Positions 26,300-36,587 of a DNA stretch of 64,000 nucleotides are shown here, one piece after another. The notes beneath the pieces were generated by a model. It was not told where the DNA came from, did no database searches, and was given only the letters and a program-made list of their open reading frames with translations. Origin of the DNA: a virus (Duplodnaviria; Heunggongvirae; Uroviricota; Caudoviricetes); IMG/VR virus record IMGVR_UViG_3300044951_001136; one strand, 5' to 3'. Position numbers and translations under genes: made by a program. How positions within the stretch are numbered: the stretch's first letter is position 1; each line of letters opens with the position of its first letter.

Positions 26300-29004
26300 T
26301 GTCATATGTGGATGCAATACATTCCAGAGATGAAGATAAAATTTTTGTAGTAGAACGGGATAAGAATGGCAAGCGTCAATACAAAGAATATTCCACAAAC
26401 TATGTACTGTATTATCCTGATCGTAAGGGCAAGTATCGCAGTATATACGGTGACCCCGTAAATCGTTTCAGCACACGCAAACGACAAGAGTTTGAAAAAG
26501 AAAGACGCATCCATTCAGGTAAGAAATTATTTGAAAGTGATGTACCAGTGGTGTTTCGTTGCCTTAGTGAAAACTATCTTAAGGCAGATGTTCCCAATCT
26601 GCATACTTGCTTCTTTGACATTGAAACTGATTTTGATCCGATTAAGGGGTTTAGTCCAACAACCGATCCGTTCAATCCAGTAACCGCTATCAGTTGTTAT
26701 CTAGATTGGCTGGATCAATTGGTTACATTGGTCATTGCTCCCAAGCATATGAGTAAAGAAACAGCACAGGAAATTTGTAATGAGTTTGAAAACTGTTTAC
26801 TTTTTGCCAATGAGAAGGATATGTTTGATGTTTTCTTTCAACTCATTGAAGATGCTGATGTATTGACTGGTTGGAACTCAGAAGGATATGACATACCTTA
26901 CATGGTTAATCGGGTTACCCGAGTAATGAGTAAAGATGATACACGCAAGTTTTGTTTGATGGGTCAACTGCCTAAACCACGCACATATGAACGGTTTGGT
27001 AAAGAAGAACAAACATACGACTTAGTTGGTCGTATTCATTTGGACTACTTACAACTCTACAAGAAATACAACTATGAATCCCGTCACAGCTACAAGTTAG
27101 ATGCGATTGGTGAAATGGAAGTAGGAGAAAACAAAACTCAATACGAAGGTACGCTAGATCAATTGTATAACAAAGACTTTAAAAAGTTTATTGAATACAA
27201 CAGACAAGATACTATGTTGTTGGTGAAGATTCACAACAAACTTAAGTTTTTAGAACTTGCTAATCAATTGGCGCACGAGAACACTGTACTGCTTCCAACA
27301 GTCATGGGTTCAGTAGCAATGGTTGAGATGGCAATTTTTAATGAAGCCCACGAACGTGGATTGGTAGTGCCAGACAAAAAACGAAAGATTGAAAATGCAG
27401 AAGAAACAACGACAGCAGCAGGTGCCTTCGTTGCTACGCCGAAAAGAGGCATGCACGAATATGTCGGAGCAGTTGACATCAACTCGCTCTATCCCTCGGT
27501 TATTCGTGCCCTCAACATGGCAGGAGAAACCATCATCGGTCAAGTCCGACAGACATTAACTGACAAGTATATGGACGACAAAGGCAAGCAACTTGCTAGC
27601 GTTAAGAAACGATTCAAAGAGGGTGACGAGGACGTTACTGGTGCTATTCTTTGGGAAAACTTGTTTAGCGTATTAGAATATACTGCTATTATGAATCAAG
27701 AACGCGGAACAATACTGACATTAGACTACGAAGATGGCAGGTCAGTAGAGATGAGTGCAGCCGAGATTTGGAAGATGATTTTTGATAGCAATCGCCCATG
27801 GATGTTGTCAGCTAATGCTACTATCTTTACTTACGAAAAAGAGGGTGTAGTCCCTGGACTACTTACTCGCTGGTATAGTGAGCGTAAAGAAATGCAAGCT
27901 AAAGCTAAATCAGCTTATGGCACTGATCAATATGAATATTTTGATAAGCGTCAGCTTGTTCGTAAAATTTTGTTGAACTCAGCATATGGTGCGTTGTTGA
28001 ATGAGCATTGCAGATTCTATGATAAGCGCATCGGTCAAAGTGTTACCTTGAGTGGTCGTCAGATTGTTAAGCATATGATGAGTACAATCAATGAAACAAT
28101 CGCAGGTGAATATTCACATGATGGTCAAGCTATTGTGTATGGAGATACTGACTCATGTTATTTTACTGCATATCCTATTCTCAAAACACAAATAGCAAGT
28201 GGTGAACTAGAGTGGAACAAAGAAACTTGTATCGGCTTGTATGATAGTATAGCTGATCAAGCAAATGAATCATTCCCTGCATTCATGGAAAAGGCATTTC
28301 ATGCCCCAAGAAAGAACGGTGAAATCATCAAAGCTGGTCGTGAATTGATTGGTGATCGTGCTATCTTCATCACAAAGAAACGCTATGCCATCAATATCTT
28401 TGATAAAGAAGGCAAGCGTAAAGATATCAATGGTAAGAATGGTGATATCAAAGCGACGGGCCTTGACTTAAAGCGTGCCGATACCCCAAAGTATATACAA
28501 GAATTCTTAATGACGGTGCTTACAAAGGTCCTTGCTGGTGAGCAGCGGGACAAAGTTATTGAAATGGTTAAAGAATTCAAAAACAAGTTGTCTGAACAAG
28601 ATAGCTGGACAAAGGGATCACCAAAGAGTGTTAACAATCTAACTAAACATACTATTGAGTTTGAAAAGTCGGGCAAGTGTGGTGTTGGTCATGCCCGAGC
28701 AGCAATTAACTGGAACTATCTACGCAGAGTATACGGGGATAATTACAGTCAAAAGATTATAGATGGTATGAAGATTGTTGTATGTAAACTCAAAGATAAT
28801 GCATTGGGATTCACTAGTATTGCATATCCGGTTGATGAATTAAGATTACCACAATGGTTCAAAGACTTGCCATTTGATGATTTACTAATGGAATCAACAC
28901 TAGTAGATGAGAAGATAGACAACTTACTTGGTGTATTGGATTGGGATATCAGAAGTAATACTGATGTTAACTCAACATTTGATGATTTGTTCAGCTTCGG
29001 GTAA
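26299..29004 (+). CDS. family-B DNA polymerase (T4 gp43-like) with 3'-5' exonuclease domain
   Basis: FFDIETD exo I; DINSLYPSV motif A; NSAYGAL motif B region; VYGDTDSCYF motif C. Confidence 0.9.
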   Translation: MSYVDAIHSRDEDKIFVVERDKNGKRQYKEYSTNYVLYYPDRKGKYRSIYGDPVNRFSTRKRQEFEKERRIHSGKKLFESDVPVVFRCLSENYLKADVPNLHTCFFDIETDFDPIKGFSPTTDPFNPVTAISCYLDWLDQLVTLVIAPKHMSKETAQEICNEFENCLLFANEKDMFDVFFQLIEDADVLTGWNSEGYDIPYMVNRVTRVMSKDDTRKFCLMGQLPKPRTYERFGKEEQTYDLVGRIHLDYLQLYKKYNYESRHSYKLDAIGEMEVGENKTQYEGTLDQLYNKDFKKFIEYNRQDTMLLVKIHNKLKFLELANQLAHENTVLLPTVMGSVAMVEMAIFNEAHERGLVVPDKKRKIENAEETTTAAGAFVATPKRGMHEYVGAVDINSLYPSVIRALNMAGETIIGQVRQTLTDKYMDDKGKQLASVKKRFKEGDEDVTGAILWENLFSVLEYTAIMNQERGTILTLDYEDGRSVEMSAAEIWKMIFDSNRPWMLSANATIFTYEKEGVVPGLLTRWYSERKEMQAKAKSAYGTDQYEYFDKRQLVRKILLNSAYGALLNEHCRFYDKRIGQSVTLSGRQIVKHMMSTINETIAGEYSHDGQAIVYGDTDSCYFTAYPILKTQIASGELEWNKETCIGLYDSIADQANESFPAFMEKAFHAPRKNGEIIKAGRELIGDRAIFITKKRYAINIFDKEGKRKDINGKNGDIKATGLDLKRADTPKYIQEFLMTVLTKVLAGEQRDKVIEMVKEFKNKLSEQDSWTKGSPKSVNNLTKHTIEFEKSGKCGVGHARAAINWNYLRRVYGDNYSQKIIDGMKIVVCKLKDNALGFTSIAYPVDELRLPQWFKDLPFDDLLMESTLVDEKIDNLLGVLDWDIRSNTDVNSTFDDLFSFG

Positions 29005-29011
29005 ACTGCTA

Positions 29012-29040
29012 TTGCTTTTAGTAAAATATTCCGTTATAAT
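29012..29040 (+). promoter_or_regulatory. sigma70-like promoter TTGCTT-N17-TATAAT upstream of 29070
   Basis: Read in sequence. Confidence 0.4.
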
Positions 29041-29069
29041 ACGCAACAGGGACATTTAAATATATTATT

Positions 29070-29636
29070 ATGATACAACAAATTGAATTTACTAGAAATA
29101 ATAGTTTCCCAATAAAATTATTTAAAAAAGAAAAAGCATTAAGTTTTGATATTTGCCATTCACTACGAGAGTTTGCATTAAGCAGTGAATCAGGCTGGCA
29201 TCGTTCTGTTAATCGTACTCCCAAACATTGGGACATTGAATGCCATACTTGTAGAGTACCTTTAAATTGGAATGACAATAAATTACACGAAATATTGTCT
29301 CCTATTTGGGAAGAAGCGTTTAACTATTATGGTTTTCATGTAACTCATGTAGAACAATATGAGATAAAAAGATATAGCGAAGGAGATTACGTCACAGAAC
29401 ATGTTGACCAATATTATGGCACAGCAGGTACTGAACGAAAATTAACAATGCTATTGCAATTAACTGATGGATCAGAATATCAGGGAGGCAATCTTCATGT
29501 AATTAGGAATGCGGTAAGTAAAACAATAGGATCATTGACCATTTTACCTGCATTCTATTTACATGAAGTAAAACCAATAACAGCAGGTGAACGATGGTCA
29601 CTGAATTGTTGGGCATGGGGCCCATATTGGAAGTGA
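29070..29636 (+). CDS. 2OG-Fe(II) oxygenase (prolyl-4-hydroxylase-like)
   Basis: TEHVDQ (HxD), LHEVKPI (distal His), RWSL (RxS) in the expected order. Confidence 0.75.
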   Translation: MIQQIEFTRNNSFPIKLFKKEKALSFDICHSLREFALSSESGWHRSVNRTPKHWDIECHTCRVPLNWNDNKLHEILSPIWEEAFNYYGFHVTHVEQYEIKRYSEGDYVTEHVDQYYGTAGTERKLTMLLQLTDGSEYQGGNLHVIRNAVSKTIGSLTILPAFYLHEVKPITAGERWSLNCWAWGPYWK

Positions 29637-29695
29637 ACATATTAAATGCATATTTTATTAAAAACGTGTACAATTTAACATACAAAGGAAACAAA

Positions 29696-30427
29696 ATGAA
29701 AGATTTTTTAAAAGACTTAATTGATCATACTCTTGGTCTTGGTACAATTGAACTGATTAAAGTTACAGGTACTGATACTGAAACAGTAATCAATGCGGTA
29801 GCAGAAAACAAAAGCGTAATTATTAGTGGTACATTCAAAGATCCGATTGCCGACTTTATTGGTGTATTCGGAATGCCCAACTTGAATAAACTCAAGACAA
29901 TTATTGGGTTTGATGAATATGACGGAACATCTAAAATTAATGTTGTTCGTACTCAACGTGACGGGGTAGATGTACCTTCTACTATTCACTTTGAAACAAA
30001 GAGTGGTGACTTTGTTAATGATTATCGTCTTATGCTTAAAAGTGTAGTTGACGAGAAAGTTAAAAGTGTATCCTTTAAGGGTGCTAAGTGGAATGTTGAA
30101 TTTGAACCTACAATTGCTGGTATTCAACGACTTAAGAAGCAATCACAAGCAAATAGCGAAGAAGATCATTTTGTATTCAAAACTGATGGAAGTGATTTGA
30201 AAGTATACTTTGGTGACGCATCAACACATAGCGGTAACTTTGTATTCAATACTCCAGTTACCGGAACACTAGCTGGTACACATAAGTGGCCCGTTAAAGA
30301 ATTCTTGAGTATCATGGATTTAGTCGGGGACAAGACAGTTAAGATTAGTGAACAAGGTGCAACGGAAATCACAGTTGATAGTGGTATAGCAATTTATGTT
30401 TACTTGTTGCCAGCTAATAAGAAATGA
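29696..30427 (+). CDS. hypothetical protein; size, position and composition compatible with a gp45-like sliding clamp
   Basis: Start moved to ATG 29696 (ORF-track frame 29594 overlaps the previous gene); about 244 aa; weak similarity only. Confidence 0.4.
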   Translation: MKDFLKDLIDHTLGLGTIELIKVTGTDTETVINAVAENKSVIISGTFKDPIADFIGVFGMPNLNKLKTIIGFDEYDGTSKINVVRTQRDGVDVPSTIHFETKSGDFVNDYRLMLKSVVDEKVKSVSFKGAKWNVEFEPTIAGIQRLKKQSQANSEEDHFVFKTDGSDLKVYFGDASTHSGNFVFNTPVTGTLAGTHKWPVKEFLSIMDLVGDKTVKISEQGATEITVDSGIAIYVYLLPANKK

Positions 30428-31982
30428 TCAAGAGTATCAATTGAAACAAGATAATCTATCAGCGAAGCATAACCCAGATTGGGCATTGTTCTTACCCGCA
30501 GTCAGTAGTTTTTATATTGCTGGCTTGGGTAAGCAACGTAAGGGTGAAAACTATTTTGACCAAGCACGTATCCCTGCCAGTTTCAAAGGTGATGTAGAGA
30601 AACTAAACTTTCTTAACAGCAAAGAAGGTCTTTACTACTACAAGTGGGGACTATACAGTGCTGGTCACGCTAATTTGGATACTACCAAAGATGATTCAAG
30701 TGAATCAATCATCCGTGAACGTGAAGAAGGTACATTCATATTGGGCGATAGTGGTGGCTTTCAGATTTTAAAAGGTCAATGGCCAGCTGATTGGAAGGAT
30801 CCCAACTGTCCACGGGCTATGGTAAAGCGTAAAGCAGTATTGAATTGGATGGACACATACATGGATTATGGTATGTGTTTAGATATTCCAAGTCAATCAT
30901 TGACTACATTTGGAATGAAAGATAAGAACGGCAACAGTTTACACGGTATCAGTACTATTGAAGAAGCCATTGCAGCTACACATATTAATAACGAATACTT
31001 TATAAATAATCGCTCAGGGAAATGCAAGTTATTAAATGTATTACAGGGTCGCAATCATACTCAATCAGATGATTGGTATGAAGAAATGAAAAAGTATTGC
31101 GATACTAACATCTTTCCAGATAATCATTTCAATGGCTGGGCATTCGGTGGACAGAACAAGATTGATATACATTTAATGCTACGTAGATTAGTTGGTATTA
31201 TCCATGATGGATTGTTAGTTGAAGGTAAGCATGATTTGATTCATTGCTTGGGAACAAGTATCTTGGAATATGCTGTGTTGTTTACTGATATACAGAAGGC
31301 AATACGAAAGTATCATAATCCAAAACTACAAATTACATTTGACTGTGCCAGCCCATTCTTTAGTGCTGCTAAAGGATTGGCATATTTCAATACTAATATC
31401 CAGCATAATAAAAAATGGTCTTACAGCATGGAAAAGACTGCTGAAAAGAAAAGTTATGCCAATGATAATCGCAAGTATCGTGATGCTGTATTAGCTGATG
31501 GTATACATAAATTATTTACAGATAGTCCAGTAACTGATGCATTAGTTATGAAAGATTTATGTTATCGTGGTGTAGGTTTCTTGGGACAGCACGGTAAAGA
31601 AACTAAAACAAGTTGGGATACATTAAGTTATACACTGTTACAAAGTCACAATGTTTGGATGCATATGAATGCAGTTCAAGAGGCTAATCGTCAGTATGAA
31701 CAAGGTGTAGTTCCAAAGATGTTAGTACATAAGTTTGAAGGTGATAGGTTCTTTACTCAATTAGTTGATGAAATCTTTGCAAAGAAAACTAAACAAGAAT
31801 CACTAGATTTGATTGATTTTCATAATAGTTATTGGAAACAATTCCAATCAGGTAGTCAGGGTATTAGTGGTAAGAAAACTGTTAATGCTATGAGTATGTT
31901 TGATGAATTGTTTTCAGTAGATGAAGAACCGTTAGAAGAACTAGAAGATAGTGATGATGCTATCGCATTAGTTTTGGAGTAA
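30396..31982 (+). CDS. tRNA-guanine-transglycosylase-like protein, candidate DpdA (7-deazaguanine DNA transglycosylase)
   Basis: FILGDSGGFQIL matches the TGT catalytic-Asp motif (DSGGFQ); TIM-barrel-sized; clustered with FolE/QueD/QueE. Confidence 0.7.
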   Translation: MFTCCQLIRNDQEYQLKQDNLSAKHNPDWALFLPAVSSFYIAGLGKQRKGENYFDQARIPASFKGDVEKLNFLNSKEGLYYYKWGLYSAGHANLDTTKDDSSESIIREREEGTFILGDSGGFQILKGQWPADWKDPNCPRAMVKRKAVLNWMDTYMDYGMCLDIPSQSLTTFGMKDKNGNSLHGISTIEEAIAATHINNEYFINNRSGKCKLLNVLQGRNHTQSDDWYEEMKKYCDTNIFPDNHFNGWAFGGQNKIDIHLMLRRLVGIIHDGLLVEGKHDLIHCLGTSILEYAVLFTDIQKAIRKYHNPKLQITFDCASPFFSAAKGLAYFNTNIQHNKKWSYSMEKTAEKKSYANDNRKYRDAVLADGIHKLFTDSPVTDALVMKDLCYRGVGFLGQHGKETKTSWDTLSYTLLQSHNVWMHMNAVQEANRQYEQGVVPKMLVHKFEGDRFFTQLVDEIFAKKTKQESLDLIDFHNSYWKQFQSGSQGISGKKTVNAMSMFDELFSVDEEPLEELEDSDDAIALVLE

Positions 31983-32150
31983 TATGTATAGCCAACAAAT
32001 TGCAATAGAAAAAAAGGTTGATAACTTTGACAAAGATTCCCGTAAAGCTATGCAATCACAACATAGTATGATATACTATAACATACAGCGACTTAATAAG
32101 TTGCAGTGGGCAAGTATACGTGATACATATGATTACAAAAGGGATAGATA

Positions 32151-32603
32151 ATGGAACAGATGATACAAGCACAAGCAGAAAAGCGGCAGCGCATTAAAGA
32201 AAAAGCAATTCGTACAATTTTTGTACGTTTTCAGAAAGAGGGTATTCATTGTTACCCGGCAGCAGCAACAGACCCAGCACTTGCTACAGGTGATGAGTAT
32301 GATGTTAGCTTTTTAGGAACTTTGCATCGTCACATCTTTCATTTTGAAGTGACTATGGAAGTATTTCACAACGACCGTGATTTGGAATTTATTCAAGTAA
32401 AACGCTGGTTAGAAAATCTCTATGCCGGTAATATTCTTGAATTGAACCATAAAAGTTGTGAAATGATTAGTGATGATCTTTATGAGGTTATTGCAACTCG
32501 GTATCCAAATCGTAATATCACTATCACAGTCTCAGAGGACAATGAGAATGGTGCTACGATTTTTTATAGTAAAACTCACCCGTATCAATCACTCGCTATT
32601 TAA
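32151..32603 (+). CDS. hypothetical protein, possible divergent T-fold (QueD-like) paralog
   Basis: IHCYP...LHRHIFHFEVTMEV loosely resembles PTPS/QueD CxxxHGHSFxVxxEI. Confidence 0.35.
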   Translation: MEQMIQAQAEKRQRIKEKAIRTIFVRFQKEGIHCYPAAATDPALATGDEYDVSFLGTLHRHIFHFEVTMEVFHNDRDLEFIQVKRWLENLYAGNILELNHKSCEMISDDLYEVIATRYPNRNITITVSEDNENGATIFYSKTHPYQSLAI

Positions 32604-32615
32604 AAGGAATATAAC

Positions 32616-32822
32616 ATGGCAAAACAAACTTTTCAATCAAACCCACGTGTTACTCAAATCTTTGAGGACCTAGAGAAATATCTAACATTCTGTGTGGATT
32701 TTGGTTATAAGTACAACGAAGCAGAACTCTACGACCAACGTAGTTATGTGTATCGTCAGTATACAAAACTTGCATCTGGTAAAGTTGCAAGAGATCAGTG
32801 GCAGGAAACGGTTCGTCCATGA
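32616..32822 (+). CDS. small hypothetical protein (68 aa); overlapping +1-frame ORF 32692..32910 also present
   Basis: ORF track; see frameshift note. Confidence 0.3.
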   Translation: MAKQTFQSNPRVTQIFEDLEKYLTFCVDFGYKYNEAELYDQRSYVYRQYTKLASGKVARDQWQETVRP

Positions 32823-32915
32823 GGTATTGGGTGAACTAGCTAAAGCGGTTAAGGATCGCCGTAACGAAATTACCGCTGAAAAAGCAGCAAGAAAAGAAGC
32901 TAAGGCTTAATCTGT

Positions 32916-32923
32916 GATAAATA
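32916..32923 (+). promoter_or_regulatory. GATAAATA late-like motif upstream of folE
   Basis: Read in sequence. Confidence 0.35.
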
Positions 32924-32988
32924 AAATGTAAGATACACAACGGTAGTTTACATTTCAAAACAAAAACCATCACAAAGGAAGGTTATCT

Positions 32989-33663
32989 ATGGCGTATAAT
33001 AAGCAAAAAACAGACCCAGAGTTGGGTCAACGAGTACACGAACATTTAGTTAAGATGGGAGTTGAAACTCCTACTATCCCAAACAACTACGACCGTAAAG
33101 AAAAGATAGACCATATTGAAGCGCACTTTGCACATATTATGCGTATCTTAGGTCTTGACTTATCAGACGATAGTTTAATGGATACCCCAAAGCGTGTAGC
33201 AAAAATGTATGTCAACGAAATCTTTTGGGGTCTTGATTACGAAGCATTCCCTAAATGTACCGCAGTTGATAACAAAATGAAGTACAATGAAATGGTATGT
33301 GAACGCAATATTAATGTACAAAGTAATTGTGAACATCATTTAGTGATTATCTCCGGTCTAGCAACTGTCGCATATGTGCCTAAACAAAAGGTACTTGGAT
33401 TGAGTAAAATCAATCGTATCGTAGAATACTTTAGCAAGCGACCACAAATCCAAGAACGATTAACAGAACAAGTCTTTCACGCATTACAATACATACTTGA
33501 AACAGAAGATGTTGCGGTTATGGTTGACGCACAACATTACTGTGTGAAAAGCAGGGGAGTTGAGGATACGGGTAGTAGTACTGTAACAAGTAGATTAGGT
33601 GGTGGGTTTAAAACTGATCCAGCAGCTAGAGCAGAATTCTATCAATTAGCAAGGGGACGATAA
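32989..33663 (+). CDS. folE: GTP cyclohydrolase I
   Basis: NCEHHLVIISG ... LGLSKINRIVEYFSKRPQIQERLT ... DAQHYCVKSRG conserved FolE core. Confidence 0.9.
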   Translation: MAYNKQKTDPELGQRVHEHLVKMGVETPTIPNNYDRKEKIDHIEAHFAHIMRILGLDLSDDSLMDTPKRVAKMYVNEIFWGLDYEAFPKCTAVDNKMKYNEMVCERNINVQSNCEHHLVIISGLATVAYVPKQKVLGLSKINRIVEYFSKRPQIQERLTEQVFHALQYILETEDVAVMVDAQHYCVKSRGVEDTGSSTVTSRLGGGFKTDPAARAEFYQLARGR

Positions 33664-33845
33664 TGAACTGGATCAATATAGACAATTTGATGATGGGAAT
33701 TATAATTGGATATATACTAAATCCACTGCTAGCAGCATTTATATCAATATTTACTAATGCTTGGAAAAGTACAAACTCGGTATGTACCGGAAATTGTAAT
33801 CAAGGTCGTAACTGTACATGCAGAGGAAAAAATGGGATTTCGTAA
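33663..33845 (+). CDS. small membrane protein with Cys-rich tail (60 aa)
   Basis: TAATG-coupled to folE; one TM helix. Confidence 0.3.
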   Translation: MNWINIDNLMMGIIIGYILNPLLAAFISIFTNAWKSTNSVCTGNCNQGRNCTCRGKNGIS

Positions 33846-34068
33846 ACCAATGGACTATACCGGTGTTCATCATCAAATTTACACAGCTGGAATAGAATTG
33901 CATAGCAACTACAACGATGGTTTCAATCAGTTTGAAATCAAAAAAGACTTACATCGTATCAAGTGGTTGCTTGATGAGATTATGGCTGATTCACCTACAT
34001 TCGCCGGCGAAGAAGAATTTCTTGATGAACATTCTAAAATAAAGATGTGGAGAACATTAAAAAAATGA
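33832..34068 (+). CDS. hypothetical protein (78 aa)
   Basis: Start moved to ATG 33832 after GAGGAAAA SD. Confidence 0.35.
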   Translation: MGFRKPMDYTGVHHQIYTAGIELHSNYNDGFNQFEIKKDLHRIKWLLDEIMADSPTFAGEEEFLDEHSKIKMWRTLKK

Positions 34069-34526
34069 TATTCAACAGAATCAAAGAACTAAAACAACAA
34101 GGGCTTAAGATAGGTATCGTATTCTCCCAATTTGATATTCTACATGCCGGGCATATTGCAATGCTTAGTGAAGCTAAAAATCATTGCGACTATCTTATTG
34201 CTGGTTTGCAGAATAACGCACAATGGGATAGAGCGGAGAAGAATGCTCCTATTCAAAGTATTGTTGAGAGGCAGATTAGTTTAAGTGCTGTCCGTTTTGT
34301 AGATGAAATTGTTGTTTACAATACTGAGAAGGACTTGGAAGATATTCTACTCATACTACCTATTGATGTTCGTATCTTGGGTGTAGAATACAAAGATAAG
34401 GATTTTACGGGTAGCGATATTTGTCAAACTCGCAGAATTGAAATAGTATTTAATGAGCGTGATCACAGTTTCAGTAGTTCAAGTCTACGTAAACGAGTTG
34501 CGGACGCACATCAAAAAGATAAGTAA
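34047..34526 (+). CDS. cytidylyltransferase-fold nucleotidyltransferase, TagD / RfaE-domain-II-like
   Basis: GIVFSQFDILHAGHIAML (HxGH), DYLIAGL, C-terminal DHSFSSSSLRKRV (ISxTxIR-like) parallel B. subtilis TagD; alternative start ATG 34065. Confidence 0.7.
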   Translation: MENIKKMIFNRIKELKQQGLKIGIVFSQFDILHAGHIAMLSEAKNHCDYLIAGLQNNAQWDRAEKNAPIQSIVERQISLSAVRFVDEIVVYNTEKDLEDILLILPIDVRILGVEYKDKDFTGSDICQTRRIEIVFNERDHSFSSSSLRKRVADAHQKDK

Positions 34527-34527
34527 A

Positions 34528-35031
34528 ATGACACAACTACCAGTAACATATAAGTGGACTTCCACAAAAGAGTATCACGATGCGTTCCCCTGTGCTTATA
34601 GACAGTACAAAGCCGACAGCCATTGCCAGTTTTTACATGGTTATAGCTTCTCAATGAAGTTCTATTTTGGAACAAACGACTTAGATGCGCGCCGATGGGC
34701 TGCGGATTATGGCGGCTTGAAAGAACTAAAGCAAACATTAGAGAGTCAATTTGACCATACAACATTAGTGGCTGAATCAGATCCACATCTAGACTGGTAT
34801 GTGCAGGCGGAACATCGTGGCATTATGAAATTAACTATTCTCCCCAACTTAGGATGTGAAAGTCTTGCAGATATGCTATACAAGTATGTTAACGGGGTTT
34901 ACATTCCTGATATGTGGGGTGAAAGTGAAGCAAAGCGTTTGTGGTGCTATCGGGTTGAAGTACGTGAAACACAGGCAAATATGGCTTTTAGAGAGGGGCA
35001 TCGTGAATGGAATGAGGATTTGTTTGAATGA
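34528..35031 (+). CDS. queD: 6-carboxy-5,6,7,8-tetrahydropterin synthase (QueD / PTPS family)
   Basis: SHCQFLHGYSFSM (Cx3HGx) and EHRG T-fold motifs; start moved to ATG 34528 after upstream TAA. Confidence 0.75.
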   Translation: MTQLPVTYKWTSTKEYHDAFPCAYRQYKADSHCQFLHGYSFSMKFYFGTNDLDARRWAADYGGLKELKQTLESQFDHTTLVAESDPHLDWYVQAEHRGIMKLTILPNLGCESLADMLYKYVNGVYIPDMWGESEAKRLWCYRVEVRETQANMAFREGHREWNEDLFE

Positions 35032-35246
35032 GTTCTGATTCAGACTTTAAAATGTTTAAATGGGTACCTGATGGTACTTATGATTACAGTGACTTTCTTA
35101 CACGATATGTTATAGTCAATGGTAATCCAACTGTTGTTATCAATCGTGCGTGGGTAAATAGTGGAGGACCAGAAGGAGTTTCAGCCGAATTGAAACAAGC
35201 ATGGGGTTCATTTCCTGATATGCCTCTAAAGCCATTAAAGAAATAA
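35028..35246 (+). CDS. hypothetical protein (72 aa)
   Basis: ATGA-coupled ORF. Confidence 0.4.
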   Translation: MSSDSDFKMFKWVPDGTYDYSDFLTRYVIVNGNPTVVINRAWVNSGGPEGVSAELKQAWGSFPDMPLKPLKK

Positions 35247-35401
35247 TGAAGATATTTTGGAGAATATGGGCAAAATCCCTAGGTGAGAAAGCGGGCACAA
35301 CCGATACAGAATCTGACCGTATTGCGTGTATTAGAACTTGTATTGTGTTATGCTATGTCATTACAAACTTGTTTATCATAGCAGGTGCAATTAGTTAGAT
35401 T
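35246..35401 (+). CDS. small hydrophobic protein (51 aa)
   Basis: TAATG-coupled ORF below track cutoff; C-terminal TM helix. Confidence 0.25.
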
Positions 35402-35413
35402 AAGGATCAAAAA

Positions 35414-36262
35414 ATGAGCAAATTAAAAATTAGTGAACTATTTTATAGTATTCAAGGAGAAGGCCGATATATCGGAGTACCAAGTATTTTCCTACGAACA
35501 TTTGGTTGCAACTTCAAATGTGCAGGGTTTGGTATGCCAAGGGGCGAAATAAGTAGTGAAGTAGAAGATATCGCAGCCCGTGTGCATTACTACACGGCTT
35601 ACACCCAACTACCATTAGTTAGTACAGGTTGCGATAGTTATGCAAGTTGGGATCCTCGTTTCAAAGATTTCAGTCCAATACGTACTACTGATAGTATTGT
35701 TGAAAGTATTATGACAATGCTTCCGCACAAGCGTTGGATGGAAGAACATCTTGTTATTACAGGGGGTGAACCTTTGCTAGGTTGGCAACGCAGTTATATT
35801 GATTTACTTTCACATGAAAACATGACGGGTTTACAAGAACTAACATTTGAAACAAATGGCACTCAACCGTTGCAACATCAATTGAAAACCTACTTGCATC
35901 AATGGGCCATCAATCGTTCTAGAGGTGCAATAACATTTAGTGTTAGTCCTAAACTTGGTATCAGTGGCGAGAAGTGGGAAGAAGCAATATGTCCTGAAAT
36001 TATTGATGAATATAGTCAAGTAGGTCATACATATCTGAAGTTTGTTGTGGCCAATAGACAAGATGTAGAAGAAGCACAAGAAGCAGTTAATCAATATCGT
36101 ACTCACGGATTTAGGGGTAATGCTTACTTGATGCCATGTGGCGGAGTTGAAAGTGTATATAACATGAATGCCAAAACAGTTGCACTTGAAGCAATGCGGT
36201 TAGGCTGGCGTTATAGTGATAGACTTCAGGTGCCACTCTTTAAAAACGCATGGAATACCTAA
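35414..36262 (+). CDS. queE: 7-carboxy-7-deazaguanine synthase (QueE, radical SAM) with atypical Cys motif
   Basis: ISELFYSIQGEGRYIGVPSIFLRTFGCNFKC parallels E. coli QueE MFQTLQGEG...GCPVGCAWC; third Cys is replaced (CAGF). Confidence 0.75.
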   Translation: MSKLKISELFYSIQGEGRYIGVPSIFLRTFGCNFKCAGFGMPRGEISSEVEDIAARVHYYTAYTQLPLVSTGCDSYASWDPRFKDFSPIRTTDSIVESIMTMLPHKRWMEEHLVITGGEPLLGWQRSYIDLLSHENMTGLQELTFETNGTQPLQHQLKTYLHQWAINRSRGAITFSVSPKLGISGEKWEEAICPEIIDEYSQVGHTYLKFVVANRQDVEEAQEAVNQYRTHGFRGNAYLMPCGGVESVYNMNAKTVALEAMRLGWRYSDRLQVPLFKNAWNT

Positions 36263-36362
36263 TGGATTTCTTTTGGGGATTTTTACTTGGGTATATAGTA
36301 GGGGTTTTCTATATGTGCTATCGTTCAAATGAAAATGACAGAGACTATACTGGAATTAAATA

Positions 36363-36587
36363 GTGTACAGTCCTATACCTAATGACTACTTCATGGACCA
36401 TGTTGTGGGCAGACAATTGAAGGTTGCACTTATGCCTAGACATTGCCATATAACAAATCGTCTACTATGGTTAGAGTACGCATATTGTATTACCGCAATG
36501 TATACAGGTCCCGGTGAGCCTATATTTGAATATCGCTGGTATGATAAAAATGAATATTTAATAGCAAGATTAAAGGATTTAATATGA
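36363..36587 (+). CDS. hypothetical protein (GTG start in track; alternative ATG 36393)
   Basis: ORF. Confidence 0.3.
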   Translation: MYSPIPNDYFMDHVVGRQLKVALMPRHCHITNRLLWLEYAYCITAMYTGPGEPIFEYRWYDKNEYLIARLKDLI

